Shown: positions 24,074-36,972 of the stretch, piece by piece
Layout of the letters: every line of letters begins with the position of its first letter
How positions within the stretch are numbered: the stretch's first letter is position 1
NCBI RefSeq assembly: GCF_032191835.1
Contig: NC_083237.1
Coordinates: 22,630,001-22,694,000 of the forward strand
Direction: 5' to 3'
Source: Heteronotia binoei
Lineage: Eukaryota
DNA: 64,000 nucleotides
Notes under the pieces: generated by a model
Told to the model about the DNA's origin: nothing
The model's input: only the letters and a program-made list of their open reading frames with translations
Databases searched by the model: none
Position numbers and translations under genes: made by a program

Positions 24074-27000
24074 GTAAGTATTGGCACCAAAGTGATAGCA
24101 CTCTTCTTCAGGGGATGAGTGAGTCCTTTATCTGGGGGCAGATGAGCTTGGCAAGATGTTTGCTTCAGTCAAGGCCAGGGAACTGGGAATGGAATACATG
24201 ACCTTTCTGCCTGGTGGGGTATTAGTTATTCTGTAGGGATGACTTGGGGGATCCATTTATCAGAGGACCAGAATGTTGGGAAATACCCTTGGTCAAACTG
24301 TTACCCTGACAAGAAAGCCATTGCCTAAGGCATCATCCACTGGTGCTTTGTACTTTCATTTTCTGAAAGGTGTCACTCAAGGTTGGGGAGTGGCATCTCT
24401 GTGATTGTTTTTTAATTGGCATTGAGGGACAGGTTATGAGATCATCCCATAGTAGGCAAAATGACTCCCCGCCCCCTTTGGAACTTATTTAAGCATTCCA
24501 TACTCAGCATACAAGAAGCTTAGCAAATTATACTCAGCTTCCTTAAAGTTTCTAAGGATGGAAACTTCTTTATGGGAAGTTGTGAACCTTCCTGTGTTCT
24601 GGAAAGGATTGTACAAATTAGGCAGGAACTGACCTCCTCTCAGTTTGGGGCATCATCCCCAAATGTGTTTTCCAAACTTCAATTGTAACATTTTGGTGAT
24701 TCTGCTTTGCTGTCTGACCCGTTTCTCCATCCATTCTGTTGCTGTCTGTGGTTTTTTTCTTTTTTCCATAACTCTTTTTTTCCTCTTCTGCTGGGATGCT
24801 GCCCTCATTGGCCTGAAATCAAAATCATAACTTTGGACGTATGACTTCATTGGAAGGGTGCTGGCTGTTCTTTTGTATTACTCATTGTGGCAGGGAGCTC
24901 TTGTTTTTCTCGCAAACTAATCCTTGTTCCAGACTTCTCTGAAGTTCGGGAAATAGGTGAGAGAATGGGCATTCCCTAACAGCTTTGAAGATCCAGACTA
25001 TCATTTGGGTGGCTCACAGAGTAGGATGCCTCTGTGTCCGCTGGTTTACCTCCCATATAGCCCCAATGAAAGTCATGTTTGGTGGAGTGGAGAAAAGCAC
25101 AATCAGGGAATTTCCTCTCTCTCAATATGGAGCCAGCCGAGGATTAAGCACACCCACACTGACTCGGTGCATCTCCAACTGTTAACATGTAATGCTCAAG
25201 TCTCGCAGTTGCTACAAGGGTCAGAGAGAATGAGTGACTGGATTACTTCCTGGTCTCCCTTGCAGATGCTCTGGCTCGGCACAAGTAGCAGCTGAGCAGA
25301 GGGAGGCCACAGTGCCCAGGCGAGTCATGTGATGGCAGGCACTGGGTTCAGCCTGGGTGGGTGCGCCCATCCCAGGCAAATTTTGGGTAAGTTGTAGTAG
25401 CTGGCAGGCAGGTTGTATGATAGGAGCCACCAGCCCATCCCAGGCAATTTGTGTGGTGGCTGCTGGCGGGCAAGCTGTGTGGTGGCAACCGCCAGGCTCA
25501 GGAGTCCTCCCTGCCTCAGGGGCCTGTCCTCTCCATCTGCCCTGCTATGGCAGAAGCATTACAGAAGGAGTTTCCCAGGGAGTAGACTCTTGACCTCAAG
25601 CAGGCATTTGGACATGGAACTCGACTTCTGTTAACTTCTAAGCAGAACCTCTCCTCTCCTTGTCCCCCAGCCCCACCACAGTCCTCAGTTGCCACCAACA
25701 TGTAAAGCCCCTAGTAGCTTTAAAAGCATTGTACAACCAGCTGGGAGTGGATCGCGAGATCACATGCACCAAGATGGATATGTTCTTTGCATTGACGGTT
25801 GCGCAGTCGGGGAGGAGAGCATGTTTTTGCTAGCAAGGGTTTTTTGATCTCTGGCCTTCCCTGCCATTCTGCCAGGCTAGCCTGGTTTTCTAGGACATGG
25901 TAAGTAGATTCAGAAGCTTCCCTGCTTGCAAGTGCCTGCAGCCTTCAAGCCTGGCCTTCTGTTTTGTCCTGCTTCCCTGAATTCCTGAGTGGAACAGCTG
26001 GGCCTCACTGGCCAGTGGAAGGCTTAGCTCAGGGATGCCTTTTTAACTTGCCTGTTTACTTAAGAGTCTCGGCGTTAACGGACTGAGGGGGGACCTCTGC
26101 CTTGACCCCCTGCATTGTCAGGGCTGAGCATGCCATTGCAGCCAGCGTGGGTGTCCAGAAAGCAATGTTGCTGCACTTGTGATGTGTGGTATGGCTGCTT
26201 GTGCAGAATTTGGCAACTGTCTTTTGATTCCAAAGGCTCTTCTAGTCTCCCCCCCCCCCCAAAAAAAAAAAATTACCCACATGCTCGAGTAAATCTCCTG
26301 ACTTCTGGGAATTTCTTAACCTTGTTTGATCCTGACTCTTCCTCCCCCCCCCCCCCAAAGTAAGTGATGTAATAACTGAGATTGTAAGAGCGGCTTTGCT
26401 GGCTCAGATCTGAAATCTGCGTAGGCCAGCACTCTCTCTCCCACAGCAGCCAATTGGATGCCTCAGGGAGGGCTCAGAGCCAGGCAGAGGCACAATAGCC
26501 AGCCCCTCTCATTTGTCCCTGAAGGCCGGTAATTAGAGTTATCCCTGTTCTGCAAACGGACAGGTTTTTCAGCTTTGGCTGTAGGTAGGCCTGTCCTCCC
26601 TGAATGCGTGCAACCCATTCTTCAAATCACTATCAATGTACGAAGCTCTTCTTCACACAGCTCGTAACTAATGGCTGGAGCCTGCCACCACAGGATAGAC
26701 TACAGGCCATTTGTATAACAGTTTTAGAAGAAGGGCAGATACGTTCAGACTGGAAAGGTCCTTAGTAACGACGGCTCTTCTTCTGCTTGGAATAAATCAT
26801 TCCCAGTTCTGCCAACACACGGCCCTTTCAAATACCACCGCATTCGTGCAGACAGCCCTAATCTGTGTCGTTTATTTCCAGAATGGAATTTGCTTTCGGT
26901 CGGCTAATCTGACAAGAACAAATTCTTGGTTTTGCACAGTCTGCTGTGTCTGTTCAGCCACAGAGTAGGGGAGGGTAATAAAGTGTGTTTGTGTTGGGGA

Positions 27001-28419
27001 TTAGGCATTTTTCTTTCCAGCTGACAGGGCAGTGGGGCGTGGTTTTCTTTGCGGGTGGGGATGGTGGAACCAATTGTTTGAATCCCCCCCCCCCCCTGCA
27101 AGAGGATTTGCTGCCATTCTGTCTGGCCTACCTTCTGTCACCTTTTGACTGCTTATGGAGCGGGAGCCCATGAGGAAAACCAGCAACTGGGAACAGACAA
27201 TGGCTAAAGAAGACCGAGAGATGGAGCTGGGTGTGCTAGGAGCCAGCAGGATTAGAACTGTAGAAAGAGAAAACCACCCAGGGAAGGTTTTAACCATACT
27301 CCAGCACTTGTTTGCTGAAGTTTGCTTGTTACATTTGTGTTGCACCTTTTGTCATTCGCAGAATCCAAAGAGAGTATACCTAGGCCTCCCATTTAGAGGC
27401 TGGGTTGAATCCTGCCTGCTTTTCTTCTCCGCCTCACCTGATTCCCCCCGCCACACACGCACACTGCCGGTCTGTTGTCATCTGTGTGGAATCTGCAGCC
27501 TGTGGTTTCACTTTCTAATGGTCAAAACTGGCCCCTCTTCATCTTTTTGCTATCAGGAAAGCTGGCAGAGCCAACAAGCTGCTAGCAGATCAGATCCCAG
27601 TCAGTTTAGCTTCAGCAAGGTTCTGCATTAGGGTCCCCTAACTTTGGAATTCTGATGCTAGGGTTCGAGGAGAGAGAAAGTAAAACTGGGAAAGAGCAGA
27701 GAGAAAGTAAAACGAACACCGTGGTGGCAGCTGCTACTTGAACAATGGCATTTTGATCTCTATACAGCCAATCAGAAGTCCTGCTGGCCCCCCATCCAGG
27801 AAAGGGGCCAGCAGGCTCTGCGGTGCCCACGGGCACCACCTTGGTCGTGCCTTCCAGCCATAGGAAGCTTCAGCAGGGACTCTCAGATAGGGATTTAGAG
27901 AAAGGATTCCTTCATTGTTTGGGGAGTGAAGTAAAGCCGGGTTTGAAGTGGTGATGGCGTTATGAGTCTTCTGCATTCCCAAATGTCGAGAAGTTCCAGG
28001 GGTCATGTGTTACCTGTGCTGGTTCCCTTTGGAGGGTAATTTTTCTAGTTATTTGTTGGAGTAGACAGGGAGGGTACAGATGGGGGCACACCTACAGGGC
28101 AGCACTTCCCCACATCAGGTCCAAAGAGAGAGAGAACCTGCACCCCAGGGTGCATCAGTGAACTCCCATGGTGCCTCTCCAGCACTCTGCTCTTTTCTTT
28201 TCTCTCAGGCACACATCTCTCTCAGCCCTGTGCACTTGACCAAACTAATGTCTTGACAAGAAAATGCCTACAGCTATTAAGAAACATTCCTGTTCTGTTT
28301 GTCACAGAAGATAGACTGATCCGCTGATCAGAGGTCAAGCCCACAACATCTTTCTCTCCCACATTACCCCAGTGCATCAGCACTGGTTAAAATGTGCCTT
28401 ACCTAGTTTATCTTAGACT

Positions 28420-28793
28420 GGGGAGTGGCCAAACTGTGATTCGGGAGCTACATGTGGCTCTTCCACACATATTGTGTGGCTCTTAAAGTCCCCACTGCCC
28501 CACCGGCTAGCATTTATCTCTTTGAATCACTTCTCCAGGCCAGCTGGCAGCTTGGAGAATNNNNNNNNNNNNNNNNNNNNNNNNNNNNNNNNNNNNNNNN
28601 NNNNNNNNNNNNNNNNNNNNNNNNNNNNNNNNNNNNNNNNNNNNNNNNNNNNNNNNNNNNNNNNNNNNNNNNNNNNNNNNNNNNNNNNNNNNNNNNNNNN
28701 NNNNNNNNNNNNNNNNNNNNNNNNNNNNNTGGCTCTCAAACATCTGACATTTATTCTATGTAGCTCTTATGTTAAGCACGTTTGGCCACCCTA
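28420..28793. mobile_element. hAT-like MITE containing an assembly gap (N at 28561-28729)
   Basis: Termini GGGGAGTGGCCAAAC and GTTTGGCCACCCTA; same family as 15913-16192. Confidence 0.65.
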
Positions 28794-28810
28794 TCTTAGA
28801 TGATGAAATA

Positions 28811-28976
28811 CCTTCCCTGTCCTAAATAGCCCAGGCTAGCCCAATCTCAACTGAACGCAGAAGTTAAGCAGGGTCAGCCTTGGTCAGTATTTGGATGGGA
28901 GATCAAAGAATACAAGGGTTGGTACGCATAGGCAGGCAATGGCAAGCCACCTCTGAACGTCTCTTTCCTTGAAAAC
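28811..28976 (+). mobile_element. 5S rRNA-derived SINE
   Basis: AAGTTAAGCAGGGTCAGCCTTGGTCAGTATTTGGATGGGAGA (5S boxes A to C) followed by GGCAATGGCAAGCCACCTCTG...CTTGAAAAC. Confidence 0.7.
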
Positions 28977-29149
28977 GAGGTATTGCCATAAGCTGGCTGC
29001 CACTAGAAGGCAAAAAAAGAAAAGAAATAGTTGCTGGGGTGGGGGCAGGCGGTGTCTCTCTAGGATTGGATTTTGATATGTGGCTGGACTGATGGGTTTT
29101 GGAGAGGGAAGCTGGAGGCTTGGCTCAGGTGTTGATCACCTGCTTGATG

Positions 29150-29237
29150 GGGAAGTGGCTGAAGAGCCAGAAAGTTGGACTAGGATCTGGGAGACCCAGG
29201 TTTGAGTCCCTGTGGAAGCTTGTGAGGTGCCTTTGGG

Positions 29238-29269
<32 letters not shown>

Positions 29270-29385
29270 TGTCTGCCTAACCTTCTTCATGAGAGAAGGA
29301 GGAGGAATGATGTTGTACACCTCTTTGAGTCCCCAGTGGGGAGGAAAGTGGAGAATAAAAAAATAAGTATTCTAATTCAGTTGTG
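29150..29385 (+). mobile_element. Old tRNA-derived (MIR-like) SINE
   Basis: GGACTAGGATCTGGGAGACCCAGGTTTGAGTCCC (B box). Related copies at 47485-47695 (+) and 48720-49055 (-). Confidence 0.55.
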
Positions 29386-29591
29386 TCACTGGACATGGTG
29401 GTAAAATGACCCCAATGATGCTGCTCTGAGTTTCTTAGAGGAAGAGCAGGACAGCTCAAAGTACTGGTTCTTAGTATTAAGGCCCTGAATATCTCTGGGC
29501 CAGGCCAGCTGAGGTCCTGTTCGCAAGACGTTCTCTCTCTGTCTCCCTTCCTGCATGAGTGAAGTCAGTAGCAACCAGAGACGGGGCTTTT

Positions 29592-29798
29592 TCATTGGTG
29601 CCATCCAATACTCCCTCCAAGCTGTGGAGTCCTGTGAGCAAAAATTCTACTTTGTGAAATACTGGCATTAAAGCTGTGAGCTGCTGCATAAATCAGTTTT
29701 CTCTGGGGCCATTTCTCTTGACCCAAGACAAAAATGTGTGGGCCAGAGGCTGAAGCACAGTGAGCCAGCTCACACCAACTCAGCTTAGAGGAACACTG
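29592..29798 (-). mobile_element. hAT MITE (CAGTGTTCCCTCTAAG family), diverged
   Basis: Reverse-complement similarity to 12918-13112; ends CAGCTTAGAGGAACACTG. Confidence 0.75.
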
Positions 29799-30021
29799 GC
29801 ACTTCACCTGTGGAATGACCTTCCTCTTGAGGCCTTCCTAGGGCCTGCCTTGCTGTCTTTTAGGCATGAGGTAAAACTTCTTCACCCATGCTTATAACCA
29901 GGACTTTTTTTGTAACAGGAACTCCTTTGCATATTAGGTCACACACCCCTGATACAGCAATCCTGGAGCTTACAGCAAGCCCCGTACTGAGCCCTGTAAG
30001 CTCTTGGAGGATTGGCTACAT

Positions 30022-32799
30022 CAGGGGTGGCCGACAGTAGCTTTTAGAAATGCTTTGGGTTGAAATAGAGGGTCCAAAAGGAAATTTAACTATGGGAGTT
30101 TGTTATCGCCCACCAAATCAAAAGAGAGAGGATGATTATAATATGATGGAAGGCTTAAAGATAGCGGCTAAACGTTAAAAACTGTGTTGTAATAGGTGAT
30201 TTTAACTACCCGCGGATTGATTGGGTCAATATGTGTTCTGGTAGAGAGAAAGAGATTGAGTTTCTAGATGCTCTCAATGACTGTGCTATGGAGCAGATGG
30301 TCTCAGAACCTACCAGGGGTGGGGCGATCCTGGATTTGGTCCTAAGTAATGCCCAAGACTTGGTGAGAGATGTAAAAGTGATTGCGCCTCTTGGGAGCAG
30401 TGACCATAATGTTATTGATTTCACCGTTTGTATAAATAGGGAGTTGCCCAAAAAGACCGCCACAACCACGTTTACTTTAAAAAGGGTAGATACACTGAGA
30501 TGAGGAGGCATGTGAGGAGGAAACTGAAAGGAAAGGTAAATACGGTCAAAACCCTTGGGGAAGCTTGGACACTATTTAAAACTATAATCCTAGAAGCTCA
30601 GATAAAATACATACCACAAGTTAGGAAAGGCACAAACAGGCATAAGAAAAGGCCTGCGTGGTTAACAAACAAAGTAATGGAAGGTGTAAAAGGTAAAAAG
30701 GACTCCTTTAAGCGGTGGAAAACCAGTCCAAGTGAGATTAGTAAAAGGGAACACAGGCTGTGGCAAATCAAATGCAAGACTGTGATCAGGCAGGCAAAAA
30801 GGGATTATGAGGAGCATATTGCAAAAAACATAAAGACCAACAATAAAAATTTCTTCAAATATATTAGAAGTAGGAAACCAGCCAGGGAGGAAGTGGGGCC
30901 CTTGGATGACCATGGGGTTAAAGGATTACTGAAGGAGGATAGGGAAATGGCTGAGAAGCTGAATGAATTTTTTGCCTCCGTCTTCACTGTGGAAGACGAG
31001 AACTTTTTGCCCGCCCCTGAACCACTAATTTTGGAAGGGGTGTTGAAAGACCTGAGTCAGATTGAGGTGACAAAAGAGGAGGTCCTACAACTGATAGACA
31101 AATTAAAAACTAATAAGTCACCGGGTCCGGATGGCATACATCCGAGAGTTCTGAAAGAACTCAAAGATGAACTTGTGGATCTTTTGACAAAAATCTGTAA
31201 TCTTTCATTGAAATCTGTCTCCGTTCCTGAGGACTGGAAGGTAGCAAATGTCACCCCCATCTTTAAAAAGGGTTCCAGAGGAGATCCGGGAAATTACAGG
31301 CCAGTCAGTCTGACTTCAATACCGGGAAAGTTGGTAGAAACCATTATCAAAGACAGAATGAGTAGGCACATTGATGAACACGGGTTATTGAGGAAGACTC
31401 AGCATGGGAAGATCTTGCCTCACTAACCTGTTATATTTCTTTGAGGGGGTGAACAAACATGTGGACAAAGGAGACCCGATAGATGTTGTATACCTTGACT
31501 TCCAAAAAGCTTTTGATAAAGTTCTTCATCAAAGGCTCCTTAGAAAGCTTGAGAGTCATGGAGTAAAAGGACAGGTCCTCTTGTGGATCAAAAACTGGCT
31601 GAGTAATAGGAAGCAGAGAGTGAGTATAAATGGGCAGTCTTCACAGTGGAGGACAGTAAGCAGTGGGGTGCCGCAGGGCTCGGTACTGGGTCCCTTGCTC
31701 TTTAACTTATTCATAAATGATTTAGAGTTGGGAGTGAGCAGTGAAGTGGCCAAGTTTGCGGATGACACTAAATTGTTCAGGGTGGTGAGAACCAGAGAGG
31801 ATTGTGAGGAACTCCAAAGGGGTCTGTTGAGGCTGGGTGAATGGGCGTCAACGTGGCAGATGCGGTTCAATGTGGCCAAGTGCAAAGTAATGCACATTGG
31901 GGCCAAGAATCCCAGCTACAAATACAAGTTGATGGGGTGTGAACTGGCAGAGACTGACCAAGAGAGAGATCTTGGGGTCGTGGTAGATAACTCACTGAAA
32001 ATGTCAAGACAGTGTGCGTTTGCAATAAAAAAGGCCAACGCCATGCTGGGAATTATTAGGAAGGGAATTGAAAACAAATCAGCCAGTATCATAATGCCCC
32101 TGTATAAATCGATGGTGCGGTCTCATTTGGAGTACTGTGTGCAGTTCTGGTCGCCGCACCTCAAAAAGGATATTATAGCATTGGAGAAAGTCCAGAAAAG
32201 GGCAACTAGAATGATTAAAGGGCTGGAGCACTTTCCCTATGAAGAAAGGTTGAAACGCTTGGGGCTCTTTAGCTTGGAGAAACGTCGACTGCGGGGTGAC
32301 AAGATAGATGTTTACAAGATAATGCATGGGATGGAGAAAGTAGAGAAAGAAGTACTTTTCTCCCTTTCTCACAATACAAGAACTCGTGGGCAGTCGATGA
32401 AATTGCTGAGCAGAAAGGTTAAAACGGATAAAAGGAAGTACTTCTTCACCCAAAGAGTGATTAACATGTGGAATTCACTGCCACAGGAGGTGGTGGCGGC
32501 CACAAGTATAGCCACCTTCAAGAGGGGTTTAGATAAAACTATGGAGCACAGGTCCATCAGTGGCTATTAGCCACAGTGTGTGTGTATATATAATTTTTTT
32601 TTGCCACTGTGTGACACAGAGTGTTGGACTGGATGGGCCGTTGGCCTGATCCAACATGGCTTCTCTTATGTTCTTATGTAGCTCTCCAGATGTTTTTTTG
32701 CCTACAACTCCAATCAGCCCCAGCCATTGGCCATGCTGGCTGGGGCTGATGGGAGTTGTAGGCAGAAAACATCTGGAGATCTACCATTGGCCACCCCTG
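30022..32799. mobile_element. Hairpin hAT MITE (CAGGGGTGGCC...GGCCACCCCTG) interrupted by a CR1
   Basis: TIRs at 30022 and 32799; 8-bp TSD GGCTACAT/GACTACAT; palindromic body at 32684-32780. Confidence 0.85.
30043..32678 (+). mobile_element. CR1 LINE, 5'-truncated, ORF2 broken by frameshifts at about 30500 and 31405
   Basis: Endonuclease motif GDFNYP/SSDHN, RT motifs PQGSVLGP and FADD, TTCTTATG tail. 6-bp TSD GTAGCT at 30037-30042 and 32678-32683. Closely similar to 344-2801. Confidence 0.97.
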
Positions 32800-32950
32800 G
32801 ACTACATCATGGCAGTGTGGCCTAATTTGCGAAGAAGTTCCTACTACAAAAAAAGCCCTGCTTTTAACTTACTAGTTGGATCTTTTTCAATTGTTTTTGC
32901 AGTCCACTGCTTTATGAGGATAATTTTAGGTTGCTAGATATGTAGTGTGC

Positions 32951-33108
32951 TTACCCTGGATGGCTTGGGCTAGGCCGCTCTTGTCAGATACCAGAAGCTG
33001 AGCAGGGTCAGGCCTAGTTTGTATTGGGATGGGAGACCACCAAGGAAGTCCAGGGCTGCTATGCAGGGACAGGCAATGGAAATCACCTCTTAATGCCTTG
33101 AAAACCGT
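32951..33108 (+). mobile_element. 5S rRNA-derived SINE
   Basis: CAGAAGCTGAGCAGGGTCAGGCCTAGTTTGTATTGGGATGGGAGACC closely follows vertebrate 5S rRNA boxes A and C. Confidence 0.75.
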
Positions 33109-34499
33109 GGGTCACCGTAAATCAGGTGCGACTTGAGGGCATTTCCCCCCACCCAATGTGCAGTGCTGTTTCTTGTGCTTGCTCTGGTTTTTTTAATGGC
33201 TGGGTTGTTAATAGTTCCCTAATTTTAATAACTTTTATGCTGCGTTACGGCTTTGTCATGTTTTCAGCCACCTCATCATATAACATTTTTAAAGTAAACA
33301 AATTTGGCACAGAATTTGGCACAGATGAAGGGCTCTAATTGCCTTTGCCAGGAGGCAGGGTAGAATTTTCTTGGCCAAGCTCTCTTCTTTTTGAGCAAGA
33401 TGAGGCCTAGAAGGGTTGGAAGAAGAGCATAAAGCGTTCTTGGGAGTGTCAACCGCAAACTTCCTTCCTTAGGCCTAGCTGTGGGAAAGTAATACTCCCC
33501 CAGCCCACACAAGGCGGCCGCCTTCTTCCCTGACTTTTGCTTCCTTCCCTGGCTCTTCTTTTTATTTTTTTCAGTAACGCTGTCCCACAACTTCCTGTTT
33601 GGCAAGCCACACTTCCTATTTCTTGCCATGTTTCTGTTAAAAGCCCTGCCCAGCACCTTCTGTGCAATCATGTTCCTCAAAGCTTTTCGACTGAAGCTGA
33701 CGTGGGGCGTGTGATGCTGTACGCCTCTCACATTTTCCCCCCTACAAGAAGGACTGGTTTGATTTCCTTCACTTTGCCTCAGACACTACGCATGACCCAG
33801 CAAATCCTGAGTCATAGGTAGCTGAGCAGCGCCACAGTTAAATTCACCTTCGTTCACTTTAGCTTGGGGTCACCTTGTTGGCACACTATGGTGTGTTTTG
33901 GAAGCTGGGTGCTTTAACGTTGTGTGTGTGTATGTACACACAGTCACAGAAGCCGGCAAGCGTCGTGGTCAGAATGAGCCATGAGAAGCCGCAAATCTTG
34001 TAACGTAAGGCCCTTGCAGGAACACTGTCTCAAGCAGACCACAGGAGACCAATGTGATATTCATTCCCCCTTGTGATGAATATTCATTCCCCGAGTCTTA
34101 TCTTGGAGGGGCAGCAGTTGAATGTGTGCTGGTTCAGGGGGTGTCCTAGTTTAAAGTTCTCTTGTGGCTTTGACTGACGGGGGCAGTGGAGGTGAGGATC
34201 ATGAAGACTGTGAACCTGCAAGAAAGGTAGTTTCAGAGGATACCTGTGTAGTGAGTGAGAAGAAGAGTCATGTAAGAAGCCTGCCCTATATCCCATAGCT
34301 TCTTTGCTTTGCAAGCTCACTCCACAAAGCACTGTCTGTGATGGGCTTGTATAGCCAAGTCCCCAGTGAAATCTCAGGAGTCAGAGGAAAGGCTGAGAAG
34401 GTCTTCAGGGAGGGTGCAGTTTGGTGCACTTACATGTCCTTTGCCAAATAAGCACATGCCTTCACCTGGATATGGAAGTTTACAGTATTATGTATGGGA

Positions 34500-34920
34500 T
34501 AGAGAAGGCAGAGAAAGAAGTATTGTTCTACCTTTCTCACAAACAAGAATGAAATTGCTGAGCAATCAGGTTAGAATGGATAAAAGGAAGTACTTCACCC
34601 AAAGGGTGATTAACACACGGAATTCACTGCCACGGGAGGTAGTGGCAGCTACAAGCATAGGCAGCTTCAAGTGGGGATTGGATAAGCATATGGAGCAGAG
34701 GTCCATCAGTGGCTATTAGCCACAGCGTACTGATTAAACCCTCTGTCTGGGGCAGTGATGCTCTGTATTCTTGGTGCTTGGGGGGAAAAGAGTGGGAGGG
34801 CTTCTAGTGTCCTGGCCCCACTGGTGGACCTCCTGATGGCACCTGGGGTTTTTGGCCACTGTGTGACAGAGTGTTGGACTGGATGGGCCATTGGCCTGAT
34901 CCAACACGGCTTCTCTTATA
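34500..34920 (+). mobile_element. CR1 3'-end fragment
   Basis: MKLLSNQVRMDKRKYFTQRVINTRNSLPREVVAA... followed by the CR1 3' UTR; abuts (ATTT)n(GATT)n. Confidence 0.85.
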
Positions 34921-35196
34921 TTTATTTATTTATTTATTTATTTAATTGATTGATTGATTGATTTGATTTTTAGCTCGCCTTTCCTGTAGAACAGGCTTGG
35001 GGCAGGTTATATCAGAAAAACAATCAACAGTAAAAAACCAATTTAAAATACATGTAATCTAAAATTACAGAGTAACAATAGGTACTAAGATGGCAAATTC
35101 TGCCGTATGTTCTTATGGATGTTCCACTCAGGCTAGAGCTCACGTCCTCTTTCTAGCTCAGTATGGCCTTTTTTTTTGCTCCCTTTCCTTTTGCAG

Positions 35197-35296
35197 TGAG
35201 AGCAACATCTCTGTGGATGTGGGCAGACAACGGGAACTGAAGTGGCTGGATATGTTTTCCCACTGGGACAAATGGCTGTCGCGCAGATTCCAGAAG
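35197..35296 (+). CDS. TBC1D10B: TBC1D10B exon 2
   Basis: (I)ESNISVDVGRQRELKWLDMFSHWDKWLSRRFQK; 100 nt, phase 2/0. Confidence 0.97.
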
Positions 35297-35408
35297 GTGA
35301 GCAGAGATCTACACTGCATTCTTGAATGTTATGAGGGAAAGGTCACAAGTGGTCTTTGGGTTACTTTGCTTGCTGTATCTATTTAATCACTTCTCCACCT
35401 CTTTATAG

Positions 35409-35516
35409 GTGAAATTGCGTTGCCGGAAGGGGATTCCTTCTTCCCTCCGTGGCAAGGCATGGCAGCTTCTCTCAAACAGCAAGGAACTCCTGGATCAAAA
35501 TCAGGGGAAATTTGAG
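35409..35516 (+). CDS. TBC1D10B: TBC1D10B exon 3
   Basis: [36 protein letters not shown]; 108 nt. Confidence 0.97.
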
Positions 35517-36370
35517 GTATTTTGCAGTGTCTTTAAAAAACAAAACAAAAACTCATACTAGAGATGTTAAATTTCTGGAAGTTTTAAAGCCATGGAACTT
35601 TGTTGAAAGACATTTTGGGAAAGACTGACATAGATGCACTATTTAGTTACTTGTCAAGCCTAAACATACTTTACTGTTTTAAAATGCATCCATTATAATT
35701 TAACTGTCAAAGAAAATTGCATTGTTTGGCACATTTGTGAAAATTCGAAGTATGAGTGTCATAGTTTTCTGTGAACAAAATTGTGAGTGTACCCAACACT
35801 GTAGAGAGAGACCTGCAAATGGCTGCACCATTCGCTGCTTTAGCACATAAACCTCAGTTTTTGTCATCTGAGAGGCTGGGGAAATATAGGTTGAAAATGG
35901 AAACCCCAATTTTTGTAATAAGCAAAAACAAAGGTGCTCATTGGGCTGGAGTCTCCTGCAGTTTTAACAGGGCAATCAACACACTTGGATGTTGAGTTAA
36001 ACCCATCCCATTATAAATGTAGAGCGCTAAACAACACCTAGCATCATTATTACATGTAGTGCTCAATAAGAACTAACCACGCCATCTTGGACTTTAGGGA
36101 AGGAAACTGAAGGATTGTTTTAAACAGTACAAAATTGTATGAAATGTTTTTAATTATCTTATTGTAATTTTATTCTAGCACTGTTGTTTTAACTGTTAGC
36201 TGCCCTGAGCCCGTCAGGGGAGGGCAGGATATAAATGTAATAAAATTAACTAATTAATTGATTAATACAGTGTTAAATAGTTCCGTGTTATATTCATCTT
36301 GCTCATCGTAGCTTACTAATTGTAGGCAAAATTGTGTGGTGGAAGTGCAGCTAAGTCACAGCTGACTTTG

Positions 36371-36535
36371 CTTTCAAGGCAAGAGCCTTTCAGTGGTGGG
36401 TTTGCCACTGCCTGCCTCTGCGTAACAGCCCTGGACTTCCTTGGTGACCTCCCATCCAAGTACTAATCAAGGCTTAACTCTGCTTAGCTACTGAGTTCTG
36501 AAAAGGTTTGACTGGCCTGGGCTAAGCAAGCCAGG
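36371..36535 (-). mobile_element. 5S rRNA-derived SINE
   Basis: CTCCCATCCAAGTACTAATCAAGG...CTGCTTAGCT is the reverse complement of 5S boxes C and A. Confidence 0.75.
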
Positions 36536-36825
36536 ACATGGACAAAACAACTCACATTTAAACAATATGTGCTTGGAAATATACAGTATCTGTCTGCATT
36601 CTACACAGGAGTTCTCATTATCCTATGCTGTAGGCGCAGGGTTTTTCTGTTTGTTTAAGGCTTGCTACATATTCTGAGTTAAAACTGTTTTGCTCATTCA
36701 AAAAAAAGGGGGGCAGTTATCTCAAAATAATGGGGGGGCGGAATCCTCAGAGGGGGAGAAATGTGGTTTTCTACAAAATCTTCTGAGTCTTCACATCTCC
36801 CTGTTGCACTAAGGAGATGATACTC

Positions 36826-36915
36826 ACAGTGCTATCCTAAGCACAGTTACACCTTTCTAAGTCAGCTAAGATCAGTGGTCCTGGAAGGGTATAACTCTGC
36901 TTAGGACAGCACTGT
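36826..36915. repeat. Palindromic MITE-like hairpin
   Basis: Arms ACAGTGCTATCCTAAGCACAGTTACACCTTTC and GAAGGGTATAACTCTGCTTAGGACAGCACTGT. Related partial copies at about 15420-15505 and 17690-17755. Confidence 0.65.
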
Positions 36916-36972
36916 AAAAATCTGGGCTCAGAAACGCTCTCAGCCTCACATTATCTGCCTTATTTTTATTAG

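Larger units (their letters stand above)
29899..32860. mobile_element. Palindromic hAT MITE (CAGGGCTTTTTTTGTAG family, long type) hosting a second MITE and a CR1
   Basis: Left part 29899-30021 and right part 32800-32860 join to match the intact copy at 41721-41901. TSD CTTATAAC/CTTTTAAC. Confidence 0.85.

Noticed and set aside
26980-27050. Strong-looking acceptor CATTTTCTTTCCAG in TBC1D10B intron 1
   Set aside because: No convincing downstream donor or recognisable in-frame peptide.
28452-28803. ORFs spanning N runs (also 16385-16654)
   Set aside because: Artefacts of assembly gaps.
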